DNA of 64,000 nt from an uncultured Candidatus Rokubacteria bacterium (GTDB taxonomy: Bacteria > Methylomirabilota > Methylomirabilia > Rokubacteriales > CSP1-6): contig CAVXJS010000021.1 of assembly GCA_963762145.1 (NCBI GenBank), positions 224,001-288,000 on the forward strand, read 5' to 3'. The notes below the pieces were generated by a model. The model had not been told where the DNA came from. It saw nothing but the letters and a program-made list of their open reading frames with translations, and did no database searches. A program made the position numbers and the translations under genes. Position 1 is the first letter of the stretch. Every line of letters starts with the position of its first letter. Below, piece after piece: positions 59,621 to 64,000 of the stretch.

Positions 59621-60505
59621 TCACACGGCCCGGACCAGGTCCGGGAGCGCTTTCTTCACGTGGTATCGCACCTTGCCGAGCACCGCCGAATCGCCAAGCA
59701 CCACCGCGAGCATCGCGCCCGCGCCCACGGCATTCAGCAGCACGACACCCGCGTCGTATTCGAGGATCAAGCTCTGGAGGCGCCCCTGGGTCAGGGCCCG
59801 TCCCACTCCGTCGGTCACTTCGACCAGACAGGCGGCGAGGGCGCCCGCGAGCTCGGCTTCGGGAAGGAGCCCACCCGCGACCTCCATCAGGGCTCCCTCG
59901 CGGTCGATCAGCGCGGTCAGGGAGACCCCGGCCAGCTCGGCCACCCCGGCGAGCAGCGCCTTGAGGTCGGGAGTCGGTGCCGCCGCGGCGACCGCAACCG
60001 GCTCCGCGACCGGCGCCGGCGGCTCGGGCTGAGGCACGCGGCGTTCGGGGGCCGTGACCGGCGCGGCGACCGGAGCGGCGGAAGCCGCCGGGACCACCGC
60101 GCGGGCCGGCGGGGACGCGACCGCGGGCGCGGGCCGCCCCGCGGCCGGCAACAGGCTCTCGATGCGATGCAGGAGCTCGTCGGCCGCGAAGGGCTTTCGC
60201 ATCACGTCGTCCGACCGCACCTTGGCCGCACGCTCCATCACGGTGCTGTTGACGATGCCCGAGATCAGCAGCACCGGCGTGTGTCCGAGAGTCGGGTGCT
60301 TCTTGACGAAGTCACAGATCTGGTAGCCGTCCATGTCCGGCATGATCACGTCACAGACGATGAGATCGGGCGTCTCGCGCGCGATCTGCTCCATCGCCTC
60401 GGTGCCCGAGGCGGCCGACAGCACCTCGATGCGCTTCGACTCCAGGGCCCGCTGCACGACCTTCCGGACGCTGAGACTGTCGTCTACGACCAGTACCTTG
60501 GGCAT
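59621..60505 (-). CDS. Response regulator: receiver + Pro/Ala linker + Roadblock domain
   Basis: VLVVDDS, PDLIVCDVIMPDMDG, KPF; C-terminus GV..TALIDREGALM...LQSLILEYD.G...LGKVRY. Confidence 0.88.
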   Translation of the reverse strand: MPKVLVVDDSLSVRKVVQRALESKRIEVLSAASGTEAMEQIARETPDLIVCDVIMPDMDGYQICDFVKKHPTLGHTPVLLISGIVNSTVMERAAKVRSDDVMRKPFAADELLHRIESLLPAAGRPAPAVASPPARAVVPAASAAPVAAPVTAPERRVPQPEPPAPVAEPVAVAAAAPTPDLKALLAGVAELAGVSLTALIDREGALMEVAGGLLPEAELAGALAACLVEVTDGVGRALTQGRLQSLILEYDAGVVLLNAVGAGAMLAVVLGDSAVLGKVRYHVKKALPDLVRAV

Positions 60506-60508
60506 GAT

Positions 60509-61402
60509 CTATCCGTCCCGCCTCGGTCCACGAGCGGCCGCGGCCTCGCGGCGCCCGTCGGCGCTCTGGGTTCCCTCGTCGATCGCTTGCGCCACGCTCA
60601 AGAGGAGCTGCTCCACGCTGCGCGAGATGGTGCGCGGTCGTCCCGCCAGGCTCTCGCGCTCGGCGCGGTTGAAGCAGAAGCGCGCCTCGCCTTCCCGCTG
60701 GGAGGCGCCTACCATCGCGGCGAAGGCGGGCTCGCCCGTCTTCCCGGAGAAGTCGGCGTGGATGACCCGACCGGCCTCGAAGAGGATGCTCCCCTCGCCG
60801 CCCGACAGCGAGAGCAGCAGCTCGCCGGTCTTGACTCCGAGCGAGATGACCTGGGTGAGCTCGGTCAGGTCCATCACGCCGAGCGAGCCCTGGAAGCTGC
60901 TGCGCCCCGGCTCGGCCGCGGCCCTTGCGGCCGGCGCCGCGACGGCGGGAGCGGCCGGGGGCCGCGGCGGCATCTTCGCGGGCCCCTTGGCCGCCACCGG
61001 CGGCTCCGGGCGGCGCACGGGGGCGACGGGGGGCTCCTCTCCGAGCAGCTCCTTGATGCGCGCCATCACGGTGGCCAGGGTGAAGTCGCCGGTGACCGTC
61101 ATGTCCACGCCGGCCTCGGTGGCGGCCAGCGCGATGGGCCGATCGCGACCGGCCAGGAGCAGGAACGGCGTGTCCTTCGTCGCCGGATCGCGCCGCACCA
61201 TCGTGAACAGCTCATAGCCGTCCATGTCCTGCACCTTGGCGTAGCTCACGATCAGGTCGGGCTGCTCCCATTCGAGCATGGTCAGCGCGAACGAGCCGCT
61301 CGTCGCGACCGCCGCTTCGTATCCGGCTTCCGCGAGAGCGTGGGCCAGCGCGACCCGGCTGTCCTGGTTGGCATCCACCACGAGCACCTTGGCGTCGGCC
61401 AT
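60509..61402 (-). CDS. Pseudo-receiver + DUF4388/PatA-like domain protein
   Basis: VLVVDAN, PDLIVSY (no phospho-Asp); FQGSL..MDL.EL.Q......KTG.L......G.I.FEAGRVIHA. Confidence 0.8.
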   Translation of the reverse strand: MADAKVLVVDANQDSRVALAHALAEAGYEAAVATSGSFALTMLEWEQPDLIVSYAKVQDMDGYELFTMVRRDPATKDTPFLLLAGRDRPIALAATEAGVDMTVTGDFTLATVMARIKELLGEEPPVAPVRRPEPPVAAKGPAKMPPRPPAAPAVAAPAARAAAEPGRSSFQGSLGVMDLTELTQVISLGVKTGELLLSLSGGEGSILFEAGRVIHADFSGKTGEPAFAAMVGASQREGEARFCFNRAERESLAGRPRTISRSVEQLLLSVAQAIDEGTQSADGRREAAAARGPRRDG

Positions 61403-61405
61403 CGC

Positions 61406-64000
61406 CTACTCCACCAGGCTCCCGCCGTGGGCGGAGCCGGCGACTTCGAGTGCCCGCTCCCCCGAGACGATCGATTCGACGATCCGCACGAAACTCTGCT
61501 CGTCCACCGGCTTCGTGACGTAGTGGCGCACGCCCAGGCGCCGGGCCAGGTCGACGTGCTTCGCGCCGGCGCGCGTCGTCATCACGATCACCGGAACCTC
61601 GCGGGTCGCCGGCCGCCGCCGCAGGTCCTCGATCAGGCCGTACCCGTTGAGCCGCGGCATCTCGAGATCGGTGACGACCACGTCCACGTTCCGCTCCACG
61701 AGCTGCGCGAGCGCGTCCTGGCCGTCGATCGCGGTGACGACCTGGAAGCCGGCCTTCTCCAGCATCTGACCGACGAACTTCCGGATGCTCACCGAATCGT
61801 CCACCAGCATGACGGTGGGCCGACGCTCCGCGGGGTCGAGCGGAGCCGGCTCGCGCACCGGGGCGGCTGGATGCCGCGTCGCCGCCTCGCGCAGAAGGGT
61901 CGGGTCGAGGAGCAGGATCACGCGGCCTTCGCCCGAGATCGTGGCGCCCGAGAACGGACCCACCCCCTCGACCAGCGCGCCCAGGCTCTTGATGACGATC
62001 TCTTCCTTGCCCAGGAGCTCGTCCACCACCACGCCGAAGGGCTTGCCACCACCCCGCATCACCACCACCGGCAGACGCGAGGGCGGCGGAGACGGGACCA
62101 GACCCAGCGCCCGATCGAGGCGGACGAGCTCGATCGTCCGGTCGTCGAGCGACACGGTCTCCCGCCCGCCCGCGACCTGGATCTCGCGCGGCGCGACCGA
62201 CCGCATCGCGCTCACCCCGGTGAGCGGGAACGCCACCGTCTCCGGCCCGCACCGCACCATCAGCGCGTCCGCGATCGCCATCGTGACGGGCAGCTTCAGG
62301 ACGAAGCGCGTCATGCGCCCGGCCTCCGTCTCGACGTGGATCTCTCCGTTGAGCCGGCTGACGTTGGTGCGCACGACGTCGAGGCCGACTCCGCGACCGG
62401 CGGTCTGGGTCACCGAGGACGCGGTGCTGAAGCCCGCCACGAAGATGAGGTTCAGGATCTCGCCCTCGGGCAGCGTGGCCGCCTCGGCCGGGGGCAGGAA
62501 CCCGCGCTCCACCGCGTGCCGCCGCAGCACCTCGGTATCGATCCCGCGCCCGTCGTCCTCCACCACCACCAGGATGAAGCTGCCCTCCTGGGACGCGGAC
62601 AGAGTCACGTGGCCGGCCGCCGCCTTGCCGCGGCTCTCGCGCTCCGGGGCCGGCTCGATGCCGTGCGCCACCGCGTTCTGGATCAGGTGCAGCAACGGGT
62701 CGGCGATCTGCTCGATGATCCCGTTGTCCACCTCCACCGACTCCCCGCGCACCGTGAGGCTCACCGACTTGCCGGTGGCCCGGGCCGTCTCCCGCACCTG
62801 CTGGGCCACCCGCGCGAAGAGCCGGCCGATGGGCACCATGCGCGCGCGCGTGATCTCCTTGCGGAGGGCCGCGGTCAGCCGCTGGATCTGCACCGTGTCT
62901 TCCCGGATGTTGCGCAGGAGGGTCGCGTGCTGGCTCTGCACCTCGGCCACGTCCGCGGACATCTCGGTCACGCTGCGGGCCAGGATATTGATGTCGTCGT
63001 AGCGGTCGAACTCGAGCTCGGCGAAGAGATCGGAGATGTCGCGCAGCTTCCCTGCCGCGTCGCGCTCGGCGCCGCGGCCGTCGCGGGGCATCGTGGGCGC
63101 CTGCTGGCGGAACTCGAAGTCGCGGCCGACCTGGCCGAGGCGCGTGCGGCTGGCGAGGAGCAGATCGCTCACCTGGTCGAGCTGGGCCAGCCGCCGGTCG
63201 AGGCGGCTCCGCGCGATCATCAGCTCCCCCACCAGGTTCATGAGCGTGTCCAGCCGCTCCACCGGCACCCGGATGCTGGGCCCGGAGGTCGCCGCGCTCG
63301 AGGCGCGGAGGGCCGGCCGCGGCAGAGCCTCGAGCCGGGCCAGGAACTCGGGGCGCACGAACGGCGGCAGCTCCAGCGAGGGCGTCCGCGCGAGATCCGG
63401 CGCCTCGGGGGCGACGACCGGATCGGGAGCCTCGACCGCGGGCGGAATGGCCGGGCGCTCGGGCAGGCTCTCCGAGGCCGCCAGGAGGCGCAGGTCGCGC
63501 GTCGCGCGCTCGAGCGCCTCCGCCGCCTCCTCGGACACCGCGGCCCCGGACTGGAGCACCCGCTTGATGGCCGCGGCTCCCGAGAAGATCGCCTCGGTCA
63601 CCGCCGGTGTGGCGGGAAGCCGCTGCTCGCGCAGTACGCCGAGAAGATCCTCGATGTAGTGCGTGGCGTCGCCGAGCGGGGCGCATCCGACCGTGTACGC
63701 CGCGCCCTTGAGCGTGTGAGCGGCCCGGAAAACGGTCGCCAGCGTGTCCTCGTCGCGCGCGCCGCCCTCGATGGCGAGCAGGGCGGTGGTCATCGACTCC
63801 AGGTGCTCGGCGGCCTCGGGCACGAAGTACTCGAGAACCTCGCCGCCCTCGGCGAAGAACCGCCGCAGGTCGGCGAGCAGCGGTGAGATCGGAGCCGGCG
63901 GCAGGGCGATCGCGGGCTCCGGGTCGGGCGCGGCGGCCGGCGAGGCGAAGAACGCGGGATGACGGGACTTGAAGTCCGCGATACGGGCCGAGTCCTCGTT
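61406..64000 (-). CDS. cheA: CheA/ChpA-like hybrid histidine kinase (Hpt-dimer-HATPase-CheW-REC), 5'-truncated
   Basis: FRAAHTLKG, IRVPVERLDTLMNLVGEL, PLLHLIQNAVAHGIE, DDGRG, GFST, GRGVGLDVV, CheW domain, C-terminal REC; frame stays open to the window edge. Confidence 0.93.
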   Translation of the reverse strand, partial: NEDSARIADFKSRHPAFFASPAAAPDPEPAIALPPAPISPLLADLRRFFAEGGEVLEYFVPEAAEHLESMTTALLAIEGGARDEDTLATVFRAAHTLKGAAYTVGCAPLGDATHYIEDLLGVLREQRLPATPAVTEAIFSGAAAIKRVLQSGAAVSEEAAEALERATRDLRLLAASESLPERPAIPPAVEAPDPVVAPEAPDLARTPSLELPPFVRPEFLARLEALPRPALRASSAATSGPSIRVPVERLDTLMNLVGELMIARSRLDRRLAQLDQVSDLLLASRTRLGQVGRDFEFRQQAPTMPRDGRGAERDAAGKLRDISDLFAELEFDRYDDINILARSVTEMSADVAEVQSQHATLLRNIREDTVQIQRLTAALRKEITRARMVPIGRLFARVAQQVRETARATGKSVSLTVRGESVEVDNGIIEQIADPLLHLIQNAVAHGIEPAPERESRGKAAAGHVTLSASQEGSFILVVVEDDGRGIDTEVLRRHAVERGFLPPAEAATLPEGEILNLIFVAGFSTASSVTQTAGRGVGLDVVRTNVSRLNGEIHVETEAGRMTRFVLKLPVTMAIADALMVRCGPETVAFPLTGVSAMRSVAPREIQVAGGRETVSLDDRTIELVRLDRALGLVPSPPPSRLPVVVMRGGGKPFGVVVDELLGKEEIVIKSLGALVEGVGPFSGATISGEGRVILLLDPTLLREAATRHPAAPVREPAPLDPAERRPTVMLVDDSVSIRKFVGQMLEKAGFQVVTAIDGQDALAQLVERNVDVVVTDLEMPRLNGYGLIEDLRRRPATREVPVIVMTTRAGAKHVDLARRLGVRHYVTKPVDEQSFVRIVESIVSGERALEVAGSAHGGSLVE

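Noticed and set aside
59660-63886. 1408-aa plus-strand ORF, and other long antisense ORFs such as 1791..3920, 33555..35606 and 47292..49226
   Set aside because: Shadow ORFs opposite well-supported genes; expected at this GC content and without recognisable motifs

Overview
Very GC-rich bacterial chromosome window. The GC content, repeated liv-type ABC systems and REP-like intergenic hairpins are compatible with Ca. Rokubacteria/Methylomirabilota, but that placement is inference only. It contains accB-accC-thiE, two branched-chain amino acid ABC operons, MaoC/ornithine-cyclodeaminase/DAO-type genes, purE with a heme-oxygenase-like diiron oxidase, Rieske ferredoxin and GlcG trio, and a hydantoinase/oxoprolinase pair. 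The dominant feature is seven paralogous TMTC-like GT-C + TPR membrane glycosyltransferases, six sharing a CxxC motif and arranged in pairs, plus an eighth ArnT/PMT-like GT-C. They surround a ~15.5 kb minus-strand nucleotide-sugar operon whose enzyme families parallel the lincosamide NDP-octose pathway; it also carries an orphan E1 alpha/beta pair, a short GT2, three methyltransferases, a fatty-acid desaturase and two unknown membrane/wHTH-like proteins. The right end is a chemosensory/polarity locus: a CheA hybrid, a pseudo-receiver, about six Roadblock-like domains, MglA/MglB and a PilB with an extra N-terminal helical module. Several genes, including essential accB/accC, carry indels that are most likely long-read errors. 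No tRNA, rRNA, CRISPR array or transposase was recognised.
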